NCBI GenBank assembly: GCA_965112735.1
Contig: OZ218956.1
Location: 2,480,001 to 2,544,000, forward strand
Length of the DNA stretch: 64,000 nt
Source: Phaeosaccion multiseriatum
Taxonomy: Eukaryota; Protista; Ochrophyta, other classes
Direction of reading: 5' to 3'
Positions 24,835 to 37,083 of this stretch are shown in pieces. The position numbers and the translations under genes were made by a program. How positions within the stretch are numbered: the stretch's first letter is position 1; the number at the start of each line of letters is the position of its first letter. Below the pieces are notes generated by a model. The model was not told the DNA's origin, ran no database searches, and worked only from the letters and a program-made list of their open reading frames with translations.

Positions 24835-27208
24835 GTCAATGATGGCGAAGCCGGGGTTCCCCACCAACGCAATCCCCTCCAACACGCCAATGGCTCGAAT
24901 GATGAGCGCAAAGTAGGGCGGTAGGCGGAAGGGGTAATCGAAGGTGATCTGCGCAAGGTCCGCTGCCAACGCATTGAAATTGATACTCTTGGCCCCACCC
25001 CCCGCCAACGCCGCATCAAACACGCGCTCCAAGGCGGGTACCACGGGGGTCACATCAACATCTTTGGGGATGAAGTCAAGCTGCTTAAAGTCCTCTCCAA
25101 TGCTGAGGGAGGGGAGGGGAGGGGAGGGGGGGAGGGGGAGGTACACGGTAAGAGATTGGGAGGTCGGGAGAGATTTTGTAACTGAACTTCACTAACTTGC
25201 CAGGAGAAACCCCTCTGACCTCTCTCTCTCCCTCCCTCTCTGCCCTCCCCTCCCTCCCTCTCTTCCCTCCCCTCCCTCCCTCCCTCCCTTTAGAGATAGG
25301 CACTACTCCACTTGACTTCACTGACTTACCGCGAGTAGTCCCTGTGCACTAGGTGGGAGATGGCCTCAATCATGCCGTACTTTTGATCGTCCGTTACCTC
25401 GCACATTAGCCCGAAGTCCAGCAGGCACAGCTCCCCGGACGGGGTGCGGATGAGGTTGCCCGGGTGAGGGTCGGCGTGAAAGAAGCCGGTATCGAGTAGC
25501 TGAAGGGGGTGGGGGGGTGGGGGGTGGTGTGTGAGAGAAGAGAGAGACACAGACATACACGCACACACACACACACACCGGGAGGGAGGCTCTAGAGAGA
25601 CCCCCAAGTAGACCCTACACGACAACGAGAGACCCAATTACACCCAATTAGACCCACCTGTGTGAGATAGGAGATGACGCCAATGTTGACGAGCTCCTGC
25701 ACATCATCCGCCTTGGACTGACTGAGCTTCTCTCCCTCAATCCACTGCGTCGTAAACACCCTCCTTCGCGTAAACTCTGGATAGTTGATGGGCACCATGA
25801 TAGGAAGGTCCTTCATGTCCTCTCTGATCTGAATGCCGTTGGCGCACTCCTTGACATAGTCCAGCTCGTCGTAGAAGCGAAACGCAAACTCATCGAGCAG
25901 GGCCACGAGGTCGGTGCGCTCGGCCAGGGCGGGGATCGTTCGGAGGAACATTCCCAGCTCCCGGGCCAGGTAGAGATCCAGAGACACGGTTTCCAGAACG
26001 CCAGGTCGCTGCACCTTGACAGCGACGATGGACCCGTCCTTTTTGAGTGTCGCCTTATAAACTTGCCCCAGAGAGGCGGCCGCCAGCGGCTCCGGGGTGA
26101 TTTCGGAGTACACCTCGTCAATTTCACACCCAAACTCTTTGCGAATCGTCTCGAAGGCGATTTTGGAGTCGAAGCTCGGTACCTTGTCACAGAGACGCTG
26201 CAGCTCCACCATGGAGGCCGGGCTGAGGATGTCGGGTCGGATCGAGAGAGCCTGCCCTAGCTTGATGTAAAAGGGCCCCAGAGAGGTTATTGTTTCGCGC
26301 AGGAGGATGGTACGCTTCACCTCATTCTCCTCCACTGTGCCGGCGATGATATCTTTCAGGTAGGCGAAAGCGAAGCCGCTGAAGGCGCCCGCCAGCTGTA
26401 GACCCCGCTGTACCACCAATCCCTTACGCTTGGAGAAGAAGGCTGCGATGGCATCTGCGCTGTAGGCCGTGGGGAGTCGCTCCCCACCCACCGCGTCGTC
26501 CCCCCCCTCGGTGCCAATGAGACGCATCTCTCCGCTCCCGGCCTGGTCGTAGTCCTGGATGCCCGCGCCTCGCATGGCCTATGGTGTGGGGAGGCGAGCG
26601 ATTGTGGGGGGGGAGGAGAGATGTGTGGAAGACACACGCACGAAGACAATTGTTAGCTTTGGTGCAGAGGCTTTAGAATGGTGGGCGGGGGGCGGGCGGG
26701 GAAATTTCAAAGCAGCCACACGCCCCTCCAGCTGACAAATGACCCCTCAAGCTTCTGACTCACTCCCTGTCGTGGCGTGGGCTTCAAGTTCAATTGTGTA
26801 TATACACGCCCTTCGCACCTTCATCATTGCCGCCATTTGGGGGTCAGCCTCCATATCAGCGCGCATGTCCCGCATCTGGGCACTCATCTCCTTCATGCCA
26901 CCTCCCCCCTCCGTTGGGGCCCTGGTGGAGAGCAAAGCCGTCCTTTTCCTCCTCCTGCTGATGCTGCTGCTGCTGCCGCCGCTACTTCTGATGCTACTCA
27001 TTGCACTGATGCCATCGCCACCCACCCTCCTTTCCCCTATTCTCCCTCGACCGCTCCCATCTCCCGACCCTGCTGACGAAAGTCTGCCTCCTCGTGCTAC
27101 TGATGGCTGGACTGTTACCCACGCTGATCCTTCCTCAGACCGCAGCGCCAGACAGGCAAGGCCGAGGCCGACGCCTACCGCCGAAGCGGAAGACGCGGTG
27201 ACCTTCAT
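21546..27208 (-). CDS. ABC1/UbiB atypical kinase (ABC1K family), probably plastid-targeted; about 10 exons
   Basis: LGPFYIKLGQALSIRPDIL, LCDKVPSF, PLAAASLGQVYKA, VAVKVQRP, ELDYVKE, GFFHADPHPGNL, LLDFGLM, YPFRLPPYFALIIRAIGVLEGIAL, AYPYLSKRLLTD. Exons at 27208-26819, 26578-25658, 25499-25330, 25102-24834, 24508-24420, 23970-23857, 23417-23232, 22996-22871, 22271-21843, and a last exon ending at 21546. Confidence 0.93.
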
Positions 27209-27629
27209 CTCTCCTCCTCGCTGGTTCTTCCTTTACTTTCTGATTGTTTTTGGAGTCTGACGCGTCGAGCGAGTTGGCGCGAGCCTCTCTAGATTGCTTC
27301 CACTTCCTTCCCTCTCCGCTTCAAATCTGCAGTAGCATCCGATGGTTGAGTATAGGTCTTCCCACACGACTCTTAAGGCTCCTCTCTTCGTGGTTTTTTG
27401 TCTTTGAAAGGCTTTTGTTTGATCAGCACACCACACGCACGCAGCGCCCAAGAATATGTCAAGGAAAGGCGGGGCACGACATTCAAAGTCGAAGCTCGGG
27501 CTTCCACATCCACGCACTCCCCCCTATATTTCTTCTCTATCTTCCCTCCCTCCCCCTATTTCTTCTCTATCACTCCTGGTGGCTGGCCGGCTGCTTCTAG
27601 GGCGTCACTGGCTCCGAAAGAAATTTGTG

Positions 27630-27678
<49 letters not shown>

Positions 27679-27715
27679 AAAGAGGGAGAGGGATCCAATT
27701 TTTTTTGGAGGAAGG

Positions 27716-28915
27716 ATGCTGCGTGGTCTAACCAAGACGGCTCTCAAAGCCAGTGCGGCGGCGGTGGTGGCGGGGAGCGGCGCCGCTCTCTACTACCGCC
27801 CCGATCCCAGTGACCCCAAGTTGCTGGCGAACCAGAGCGACTGGGCAAAGAGATTGAAGCATGCTGGGGTACCCTTAAGCGACAACCCCGGCGACGGCGA
27901 CCCCATGCCCCTGAGCCTGGCCCGCTGGATCGTGATTACGAGCGTGACCCTGCTTTCCAAGGTGTACATGGATCGTCTGAACAAGACGGACGTGGTGCAG
28001 GATGATCGATGGCAGCACCTAATTGACGTGGTCAAGCACCGACCGGAGGGCCAACCTCTCCTGACCGTGGGCAATCACAACTCCACCTTGGACGACCCTG
28101 TGGTCTTTGGCGCCTTGCTGCCCGCCGACATTTGCGTGCAGCCCAAGCTGGTGCGCTGGTCGGTGTGCTCCCAGGAGTTTTGCTTTGGGAACGAGTACCT
28201 CGCCGCCTTCTTTGGGGCGGGCAAAGTCATGCCCATTGAGCGAGGAGGGGACAAGGGCATTGACCAGCAGTTCCTCATCGACTTTGGCCGTCGTCTGGCT
28301 GCAGGGGACTGGTGCAATATCTTCCCAGAGGCGCGCACGGTGCAAACAGGCGTCTTTGGTGGGCGTCTGGGCCCCAAGGCGGCGCAGATTGGCTCGCTGA
28401 AGTGGGGGGTGGGCAAGCTCATCGCCCACTGCCCCGTGGCGCCCGTTGTCATTCCCATTTTCCACACTGGCATGCAGGAGGTGGTCCCTGAAGACCCTGT
28501 GACAAAGGACTGCCTGCGCGACTACCCTGAGTGCGGCAAGGCGGTGACGGTTCGTGTGGGGCGCGAGCTGCGCTTTGACGACTTGATTGCTGCCCACGAA
28601 CGCAAGCACAACGGGGGTCAGCCCCTGCGCAAACTCGCCGCCAACGCCAGGCAACAGCAGTTGGAGCAGAGTGGCAAAGACGGGGAAGACAGCAACGACA
28701 GCAGCAGTAGCGGCGATAGTGGCTCTTTCGGCCCCTCCACCGCGGCCGAAAAGGAGTTGTATGCGCAGATCACACGGAGGATCCAAGTGGCCATGGAGGT
28801 GCTTGAGAAGGAGGCCCGTCTCGCACTGCAGGAGGAGTACCCCGAGGAGCCCGAGGTGGTCAAGAGTGGCAAGTGGAAGGAGATTGTCGCCCGCCTTACC
28901 ACCCATGATGCATGA
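27716..28915 (+). CDS. TAZ: Tafazzin-like phospholipid transacylase (cardiolipin remodelling), single exon
   Basis: PLLTVGNHNSTLDDP (HX4D), VRWSVCSQEFCF, FFGAGKVMPIERG, GDWCNIFPEA, LKWGVGKLI, PVVIPIFHTGM. Mitochondrial-type N-terminus MLRGLTKTALKA. Confidence 0.92.
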   Translation: MLRGLTKTALKASAAAVVAGSGAALYYRPDPSDPKLLANQSDWAKRLKHAGVPLSDNPGDGDPMPLSLARWIVITSVTLLSKVYMDRLNKTDVVQDDRWQHLIDVVKHRPEGQPLLTVGNHNSTLDDPVVFGALLPADICVQPKLVRWSVCSQEFCFGNEYLAAFFGAGKVMPIERGGDKGIDQQFLIDFGRRLAAGDWCNIFPEARTVQTGVFGGRLGPKAAQIGSLKWGVGKLIAHCPVAPVVIPIFHTGMQEVVPEDPVTKDCLRDYPECGKAVTVRVGRELRFDDLIAAHERKHNGGQPLRKLAANARQQQLEQSGKDGEDSNDSSSSGDSGSFGPSTAAEKELYAQITRRIQVAMEVLEKEARLALQEEYPEEPEVVKSGKWKEIVARLTTHDA

Positions 28916-29376
28916 GGGGAAGCTACGACTGGGTTCGGGGTGTGCGGCGTGGGGGTGGGGGAGCGCGATTCATGCACCACCCACCATCCACCATCCAGTA
29001 TTCATCCTCCACCATTCGCTCCCCAAGTGACGATTGTATAGGACTGGGGCTGGCGCGGCTTCTCCCTCTTTTTCTGGAATGGGAAGCCCCTGCCCGTTTT
29101 TCGCTGAGCACTTGCGCTGCAGAGAGAGAGAGAGAGGGACAGAGAGACAGAGAGAGAGACACAGAGAGAGAGAGAGAGGAGGAGGAGGAGGAGGAGGAGG
29201 AGGAGGAGGAGGAGGAGGAGGAGGAGGAGGAGGAGGAGGAGGAGGAGCGCCCGCTGAGTCTCAGGAGGGGAAAGCGAACGAAAGAACAGGTGGAGCTTGC
29301 TCGGGCCTTGCTCTTCATACCAGCCAGCCATCCCCTCGTCAGCTGCATCTGCTGCTCTCTACACACATGTGTACAG

Positions 29377-30814
29377 GCGGCACTCCCTCCACCTCCCTGT
29401 CTCCGCATCCACTCGGACCTGCCCTTGGGCGAGCGTGTGACGATGGTGCAAAGGTGCTAAACTCTCATGATGATGATGGTGGGAAAGAAAGAGCTGGAAC
29501 ACTTCCGAGTGGCACGTGAGCAGAGCAGCATTAGCAGCAGTTGGTGATACAGCAGCAGCAGCTCGGGTCCGACGCGACGGATCGCTCGATCTCCGGACCA
29601 ACACCGACCTCAGGAGGATCAACCAAATTATCGAAAGGGCTCGAGTTCAAGGTAGGTCGGTCGATGATCGGGTAGCACGTCTCTTGCTTCTTTTATCCAC
29701 AGGGGCAGAACGCCCTGCTGTTGTAGCACCACTGCTGCTGCTGTAGCACTGCCTCTGTACTGCTTCTGCTGTATCACTGCCTCCGTACTGCTGCTGTTTT
29801 GTCTTCTTTTCGTCAGTCATATGTCCCCTCTGTCTCCTCTCCTTCAGTCTCGCTTTGAATCTCTCTCGCCCCCTCCCCCTTATCAATCTCTCTTTCTCCC
29901 TCCCTCCCTCCTGCCGCTGTACTCACACTCCAGTGCAAGCCCGCCCCCTCAAAGGAGACGTGCTGCCCGAGCTGGCCAACTACCGTCTCAAGCAGGACCT
30001 CGCCTACTTCCTCAAGGTGGACGCCTCCCTCTGCTCCAGCACCATGACGACATCATTAACAGCGACATTCAGGTGTGTGCGTGCGTGCGGTGGGCGGTGG
30101 GGTTGGCGGATTCTCTGCATCTCTCTGTCTGTGTGGGTGTGTCTGTCTGTCTTTCCATCTTTCTCTTTCTTTTCTTTCGTGTATGTCTCGTTCATGTCGT
30201 TGCTCTTTCTTCTCTCTCTGTCTCTCTCTCTCTCTGTGTGTGTATCACTCTCTCTCCTTCGCGTCGTCCTCTCTCCTGTTGGTCTTCTGCCTCGTTCTAT
30301 CCTCTCGCTCTCTCCCCCTTCCCTCTCCTCCTCCAACGCTTTGCTGTCCTCCTTCTCGACAGACTAACGCTACTCACACACTCACTGAACTACCAACGCA
30401 CACACCCCTCCGTCTTGGAGCCTGTCTCCTTTCTTTGCTAACGCGGGCCCTCCCTGTAAACCACTGCGCACCCTACCATCCACTGCCATCCACTCCCCCC
30501 CTGCCCTGAACTCCGTCCATCAACTGCCTCCACTCCCTCCCCACGGTTGCCATTCACCCACCACCCTCCACCACCATCCACTACAACCCACGACCATCCA
30601 CCATTCAATTCACTCAGTCGCGCGTGGGCAGCCGCCGAGGTATTCGTCGCATCTATAAAGAGTACCTTCGTGGGCAAGACTGTAAAGCAGAGAAGCGGTG
30701 ACGAGGTGGAAGGGCAACACGTGTGGTGTGGCCTTCGACGGTTTCGAGGAGCGAGGTCGGCGGGGGAGGACGATGAAGAGGGGGGGGGGAGGTGGGCAGG
30801 GAAGGACCAGCAGT

Positions 30815-30816
<2 letters not shown>
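29377..30816 (+). CDS. Possible short multi-exon hypothetical protein; start undefined
   Basis: Coding-like blocks bounded by AG/GT at about 29562-29651, 29934-30072 and 30618-30816 can be joined in frame (DLRRINQIIERARVQ|VQARPLKGDVLPELANYRLKQDLAYFLK). No family recognised. Confidence 0.35.
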
Positions 30817-30854
<38 letters not shown>

Positions 30855-31418
30855 TGAGGAGGATATCGAGTCGGTTGTGTGTGGGGGAGGCTTGCTGCTG
30901 TGCTCTTGGTGCTGTTGGTGGGCGCTGTGCTGTCCTCCGCGGACGCGTTTCTTGTAGCGCTATTAAAATTAAAATAAGGTTCTGGGCGATGATCATTGAA
31001 GGAAGGAGGTCGTGGTGGGGAGGGGTCGAGGTGGTGGCCTGAGGTTGTTCATCAATTCACCTTCTCCCTCCCTCCGATCTCTTCCCTTCCTTCCGCTCCT
31101 TCCTCTCCCCTCCTTCCTTCCTTCCTTCTTCTGCGCCTCCCTCTCGTCGTTGCCTACTTCCGCTTCAATTCGTCAGAACCCCCCTCTCCCCTGCTCCTTC
31201 CACCCTCGTGCTGGTCCGTGCATCACATACACACACAATACAACACACACACACACACACACACAAAGGTGTGAAACTGAGATTGCCAGTACCGCCGACA
31301 GTAAGAGGAGAAAAAAAAGGGAGGGGAAGAAAGAATGCTCTGCCGCCAGCTTGTGTATCGTGTGCGGCGACGTCAGGGCGCTGCCATGTCCATCACTGCA
31401 TGCGCGTCGCTTGACATT

Positions 31419-32960
31419 TCAATGCTCCTTCTCCCCCTGCTGCTCTTGCTTGCTCCAATAATCCATCGTATCCAAGGCCACTTGACAGCTTTCCACCACC
31501 ACCACATCCTCCCCCTCCCTCTCCAAGGCCTCCCGTAGCACGGTGGAGGCCTCCTCCCCGCCAATGGCCCCGAGGGCTTCCGCTGCCTCATGTCGCACCA
31601 TACTATGGCCGTGCACGTCCTTGACCACCGCGACGAGGGCGGGGACCGACGCAATGTGCTGCATCTGCCCAAGCACATACGCTACCTCATGCAGGAAGAG
31701 CGCCTCGACGTTGCTGTACGAGCAACAAGAAGCCCCCCCTTCTCCTCCGCCTTCTATCGTCGCTGCTCCTGCTGCTGCTGTTGTGCCTTCTTCTCCGTTT
31801 GCTACCCGTTGTGCTGCCCCTCCCCTCTCGAGTGGAGCCGTGAGGGCCTCTCCAAGGGCGAGCACAGCGGCTTCCCCCCCTCTGTTGCGCAGGCTAAACA
31901 TGGAGCGGTACCGAGAGAAGAGAGAGGCGGACTCGTCACACAGCCGCTGCTTGAGCTCCTCCACGCTGAGGTGCCCATCTTCTGACGCTGCTAATGGCGA
32001 GGAGGAAGAGGAAGACGAAATGGGAGCGTCGTCATCCACCCCACCGGGGGCAGGGTCTACGGAGAGGAAGCGGTTGTGGCTGCTGCTGTCCGGAGCCTCC
32101 GCGTCTCGCTCCCTCTGCTTTTGCCTCCACGCGATGAGGTCTAGCGCTAGCTCGCACGTCTGAGACACTTCGGGGGCGGGATCTGTTAGGAACTCCTGCA
32201 GAACGCTCCGGGAGTGTTGCGCTCCGATGGCGCCGAGGGCTTCCGCTGCTTCGTGTCTGACCATGCAGTCGTCGGAGGTGTTCCTCAGCACCTGTTGGGA
32301 GGGGGGAAGGAGGAGAGAGAGGGGAGGATGGAGAAAGAGAGAGAAGGAGGGAAGGAGAGAGAGGGGGTGGGTGTGAGAGATGGAGGGTGTGCGAGAGAGA
32401 GGGCGGATATGCAGGAGAGATAGAGGAAAAGGGAGATAGAGAGAGTGGGGAAGAGTCATGCATCTGCCCTCCACTGCTCCGTTAGACTACCCTACTCTCC
32501 CCCCTCTTTTCTCACAGTTGCGCTGCTGCTTTCAGAAGAGACCAGAGCCGCCCAGGAATAAATGAAAGACAGAGAGAATGGATGCCGATGCACCCACCCA
32601 CCCATCCATCCATCCATCCACCTACCCATCCATCCTCACCTGCTCCAGGGTCGCGCAGGCCGTCTCATTCTGCATCTGCCCCAGGATGTAGGCCAGCTCG
32701 TGTCTCAACAGCGCACTGTCCTCTCTATTGACAAGCGCCTTGCCAATGGCCGCCACGGCACCGTCTCCGCCCAAGGTGCGAAGGAAGAAAGCGGCGTGCG
32801 TGCGCTTGCCAATAGGCTGTGAAACGTCCTGTACCGCCGCTTCCAAGTCGGAGAAAGGAGGGCATCCTTGGATGCTGGAACCACAATCACACTCTTCACA
32901 CTCCTTGGTCAGACGTCCGGTGGGCGGAGCCTCTTTTGTGCTCATCTCCTGGGCCACCAT
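31419..32960 (-). CDS. DOHH: Deoxyhypusine hydroxylase (HEAT-like repeats), 2 exons
   Basis: Four iron-binding HE motifs: LLRHELAYILGQMQ, MVRHEAAEALGAIG, FLHEVAYVLGQMQ, MVRHEAAEALGAIG; also FLSVDPAP and RYRSMFSLRN. Exons 32960-32640 and 32291-31419. Confidence 0.95.
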
Positions 32961-33200
32961 TGTGGTGACGAGTCTCCCTCACCCTCCTCTCTTCGCTACG
33001 TCCCCAATAAGTGCTGATGCTAGAGGGGGAGAAGGGTCAGGCGCAGAGAGAGAGAGAGAGCAAGATAGAGGGCCCCCAATTAAAAGAAATATCCAGTTCC
33101 AGTTTCAGCTTATTCGCCCCCTTTCGATCGTCAGCCTCCCCATCGCCTCCCTCCTCTCCTTTCTCTCCTCTACTTTCTCTCTCTACCGATGATGCCTATT

Positions 33201-35846
33201 CTATCGTACTTCGAAGGCCAAAACGCCCTCGTCCTCGTCTTGCACCGTGGCGGAGAGTTCGAGCTCTTCGTTAAGGTAAGCGTGCCATGCAGACCTATGC
33301 AGGCTGACGCCGTCCACGCTAGCCCGGCCTCGCCCGGTGAGAACGGTGATCTGCCCGTTGGCCTTCTCCACTTGGAGAGCGTAGCGAAGGGCGGCCTTGC
33401 CCGTCCACTCCGAGTGCTGCCAGCTAAGGTCCATCACCTTGCCTTCGTTGCCCTTCTCCCAATGCGACATAACACTCTGAGCGATGGCCTCTGCGTACAA
33501 GCCGTCAGCTGAGCTCCATTGCTCGTGCACCGACAGGACGTCGATGGCTGCCCTGTAGGTCGCGTCGTTGGGCTCAATGCCAGCTGCGCGCATCTCCTCC
33601 AGCAAGGCAAGCACCTTCTTGTGCTGGCCACAAGCAGTAATGGCAGAATTGTAAGCGAATCGGTCGGGCTGGGGCCCTTCCCTCTGCATCTCCTTGAGCA
33701 AGTCCAGCGCCTTCTCGTGTTGCCCTGCCTTGCCACAAGCAAAAATCGCAGAGCTGTACGCGTTGGTATCGGGCTGGGGGCCATTCTCTCGCATCTCCTT
33801 GAGCAAGTCAAGCGCCTTCTCGTGCTGCCCTGCCTGGCCACAAGCACTAATCGCAGCAGTGTACGTGGAAGCAATGGGCTCAATTCCCTCCCCCCGCATC
33901 TTCGTCAGCAAGTCAAGCGCCTTCTCGTACTGCGCTGCCTTGCCACAAGCATTGATCGCAGCGCGGTACGTGGTGACATCTGGCACAATACCTTCGCCCT
34001 CCATCTGCTTGAGCAAGTCAAGCGCCTTCTCGTACTTCCCTGCCCTGCCACAAGCAGTAATCACAGAGTTGTACGCGGTGACATCGGGCTCAATTCCTTC
34101 CCCCCGCATCCCCCTCAGCAGCTCAAGAGCCTTTTCGTACTGTCCTGCCTGGCCGCAAGCACTAATCGCAGCACTGTACGTGGTAGAAATGGGCTCCACT
34201 CCTTCTCCCCGCATCTTCGTCAGCAATTCAAGCGCCTTTTCGTACTGCCTTGCCCTGCCGCAAGCACTAATCGCAGCGCTGTAAGTGGTTTCAATGGGCG
34301 CTGGTCCCATCTCCTTCATGTCTACGAGCACTGAAAGTGCCTTCTCGTACTGCCCGGCCTTGCCACAAGCCGCGATCGCAGAGTTGCACGAGTTTTCACT
34401 GGGCTGGGGCCCTTTCTTCCGCATCTCGTCCAGCAATTCAAGCGCCATCTCGTACTGTCCTGCCTTGCCACAAGCCGCAATTGCCGCACTGTACGAGCAC
34501 TGAATGGGCTGGGGGCCTTTCTCTCGCATCTCCTTCAGCAGTTCAAACACCTTGTCGTACTGTCCTTCCTTGCCACAAGCCGCAATTACAGTGTTGCACG
34601 AGTTTTCACTGGGTGTGAGCCCTTGCCCCCGCATCTCCTCCAGCAAGTCAAGCGCCTTCTCGTACTGCTCCGCCTTACAGCAGACGCTAATCGTAGCGCT
34701 GTATGTCTTGACGTCTGGCTGAAGCCCTTCTTCCCGCATCTCTTCCTGTAGGTCAATCGCCTTCTCGACCTCTCCTGCATTGCCACAAGCACTAATCGCA
34801 GCGCTGTAAGCACTTTCATTGGGCTGGGGCCCTTCCCTCCGCATCTCCTCCAGCAAGTCAAGCGCCTTCTCGTACTGCCCTGCCCTGCCAAAAGCACTAA
34901 TCGCAGCACTATACACCATTTCACTGGGCTTCGGGCCTTCCCTCTGCACATCCTTGAGCAAGTCAAGCACCTTGTCGAACTGTCCTGCCTTGCTGCAAAC
35001 AGAAATCGTAGCCTTGTATACGATTTCACTGGGTTTGAGGCCTTCCTTCTGCATCTCCTTGAGCAAGTCAAGCGCCTTCTCGTACTGCCCTGCCTTTCCA
35101 CAAGCACTAATCGCAGCACTGTACGTGGGTCCATTGGGCTGGGAACCTTCCTCTCGCATCTGCTTTAGCAAACCGAGCGCCTTCTCGTGCTGCCCTGCAT
35201 TGCCACAGGCCGCAATTGCAGAGTTGTACGACGATCGATTGGGCCCGGGTCCTTCCCTCCGCATCTGCTCCAGCAAATCAAGCGCCTTCTCGTGCTGCCC
35301 TGCCTTGCTGCAAGCGGAAATTGCAGAGTTGCACGAGTTTGTATCGGGCTTCAGCCCTTCCTCTCGCATCTCCTTCAGCACGTCAAGTGCCTTCTCGTGC
35401 TTCCCTGCCTTCCCACAAGCAGTAATCGCAGCATTGTACGCGACTTCACCCGGCAGGGGGCCTTCCTCTCCCATCTCCTGCAGTACTTTGAGCGCCTCCT
35501 CGTACTGCCCTGCCTTGCCGCAAGCCACAATTGCAGAGTTGCACGCGCTGACATCGGGCTGGAGGCCTTGCTCTCGCATCTCCTTGAGCAAGTCAAGCTC
35601 CTTCAGGTCCTGTCCAGATCCCCGTCCCCGTGGCTTTCCTCCCTTGTTGCCCGTGGCTCCGAGGAGGCGGAGCGAGGGAATCGCCAATCGCTGCTCTCTT
35701 GCTTCTGGAGGAAGGCTGGGAGCGGACATCCATCTTCCCAAAGAGGGTGTGACAGCAGCAGCAGGAGCACCTCCTCCACCAGTAGCGTGAGGGCCCACCG
35801 CTGGGGAAATGAAGCCCATCAAGTTGCTGCCGGTGCTGCCCTTCAT
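33201..35846 (-). CDS. P-class pentatricopeptide repeat protein (about 19-20 PPRs) with C-terminal Smr-like domain, intronless, 881 aa
   Basis: Contiguous 35-aa repeats of the form TYSAAISACGKAGQYEKALDLLKEMREEGPQPD. C-terminus VMDLSWQHS..AALR..ITVLTGRGRAS matches the Smr DLH..ITGxG layout. Confidence 0.93.
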   Translation of the reverse strand: MKGSTGSNLMGFISPAVGPHATGGGGAPAAAVTPSLGRWMSAPSLPPEAREQRLAIPSLRLLGATGNKGGKPRGRGSGQDLKELDLLKEMREQGLQPDVSACNSAIVACGKAGQYEEALKVLQEMGEEGPLPGEVAYNAAITACGKAGKHEKALDVLKEMREEGLKPDTNSCNSAISACSKAGQHEKALDLLEQMRREGPGPNRSSYNSAIAACGNAGQHEKALGLLKQMREEGSQPNGPTYSAAISACGKAGQYEKALDLLKEMQKEGLKPSEIVYKATISVCSKAGQFDKVLDLLKDVQREGPKPSEMVYSAAISAFGRAGQYEKALDLLEEMRREGPQPNESAYSAAISACGNAGEVEKAIDLQEEMREEGLQPDVKTYSATISVCCKAEQYEKALDLLEEMRGQGLTPSENSCNTVIAACGKEGQYDKVFELLKEMREKGPQPIQCSYSAAIAACGKAGQYEMALELLDEMRKKGPQPSENSCNSAIAACGKAGQYEKALSVLVDMKEMGPAPIETTYSAAISACGRARQYEKALELLTKMRGEGVEPISTTYSAAISACGQAGQYEKALELLRGMRGEGIEPDVTAYNSVITACGRAGKYEKALDLLKQMEGEGIVPDVTTYRAAINACGKAAQYEKALDLLTKMRGEGIEPIASTYTAAISACGQAGQHEKALDLLKEMRENGPQPDTNAYSSAIFACGKAGQHEKALDLLKEMQREGPQPDRFAYNSAITACGQHKKVLALLEEMRAAGIEPNDATYRAAIDVLSVHEQWSSADGLYAEAIAQSVMSHWEKGNEGKVMDLSWQHSEWTGKAALRYALQVEKANGQITVLTGRGRASVDGVSLHRSAWHAYLNEELELSATVQDEDEGVLAFEVR

Positions 35847-35934
35847 CTTTTTTTTTTGAGCACCTTCCTACTACCTCTCATCTAAGCCCGTTGGTACTTC
35901 TGTCAACTCACAGCTCCCCCCTCCACTTTTTGCC

Positions 35935-36773
35935 ATGGCGGACTTTGCTACCTCTACACAGTACAAGCACTGGATGTTCAGGAGGGAAACTCTAGGTAGG
36001 AGAAAGTTGTTTGCAGGAGAGCGGCGGGAGTTGGGAGCGGAGGCAAGGGCGGGAGAGAAAGAGTTTCTCTGGAAGGACAGGTATATCTCCCTTTAGGCCC
36101 TCTTACATAACCCGCCCTGTCCTCTCCTCTCCCTCGTGCACCCCTCTCCTTTGCGATCAATGGGTTAAACATAACATGTCAACAGAGGGCATTGTGAGAG
36201 ACGCAAATGAGATGGGCGGGAAGAGTACGATAGGTGAGGGGGGATTCAAGTCGTAGTAGAAAGCGAGGGAATGAGCTCCATCCCCACCGGGTAATTATGG
36301 TGCTTATTTCCGTATTTGTTTTCTAAGCGTCGTCTTCTCCGCATCACTCACTCCCCATCCCCTCAGCCACTGCTCGCAGCTTCGCTTACGAACGAGCGGA
36401 CTTTGCTAGCGACAAGGCATGGACGAAGCCTGAGCAAGAGCCACAAAGGGCAGTAGAAGCAGGAGCAATAGAAGCAAAAGAAGCAGGAGTGGTTGGAGGA
36501 GGGCCAGATGGCAACGCAAACACAACAATAGCAGTAACAGTAGAGGACAAGAAGGAGTGTCTCAGTGAGGGGGAGGAGGAGGAGATGAAGCGCTTCTACC
36601 TCACACGCATCTCTGAGACGTGTGGCAGAGACTCTGAGCACGACAAGCTCAAGCGTCACGACGGCATCCAAGCCACGGCAAAGGTCTACTTTCGAAGGTT
36701 CTACCTGAGCAACAGCGTTGTTGACTTCGATCCAAAGGTGGTCATGCTTACGTGCATCTTCCTCGCATCCAAG
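35935..36773 (+). pseudogene. Truncated duplicate of cyclin H exons 1-2
   Basis: Same sequence as 37634-38472; intron 2 runs into the duplication junction at 37110. Confidence 0.8.
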
Positions 36774-37083
36774 GTCAGCACGACGGAGGAGGGAGGGAGG
36801 AAGGAGTGGAGGGGAATGGAGAGAGGGGAATGGAGAGAGAGGGGGAGAGAGAGATACGTCGAGGGTGGCGGAGGGGGGAGGGAGAGAAAAGAGAGGGAGA
36901 GAAGAAGGAACGAGAGGGACAGAGAGAGGAAAGAGGGGAATAAGAGGAAGAGAGAGAGGAAAGGGGGAGAGAGGGGAGAAATATTGATGGGGGGAGGGAA
37001 GAACGAAACGAAAGAGGTAGAGAGGAATGAAAGAGAAGGGGGGGGGAGAGAGAGAGACAGAGAGAGAGGAAAGAGGGAGTGTT

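Noticed and set aside
27398-27715. N-terminal extension of the tafazzin ORF from 27398
   Set aside because: It uses a non-ATG start and crosses a (GA)n tract; ATG 27716 gives a plausible mitochondrial presequence.
33434-35885. Long antisense and alternate-frame ORFs over the PPR gene
   Set aside because: Shadow ORFs expected from a GC-rich repetitive coding sequence.
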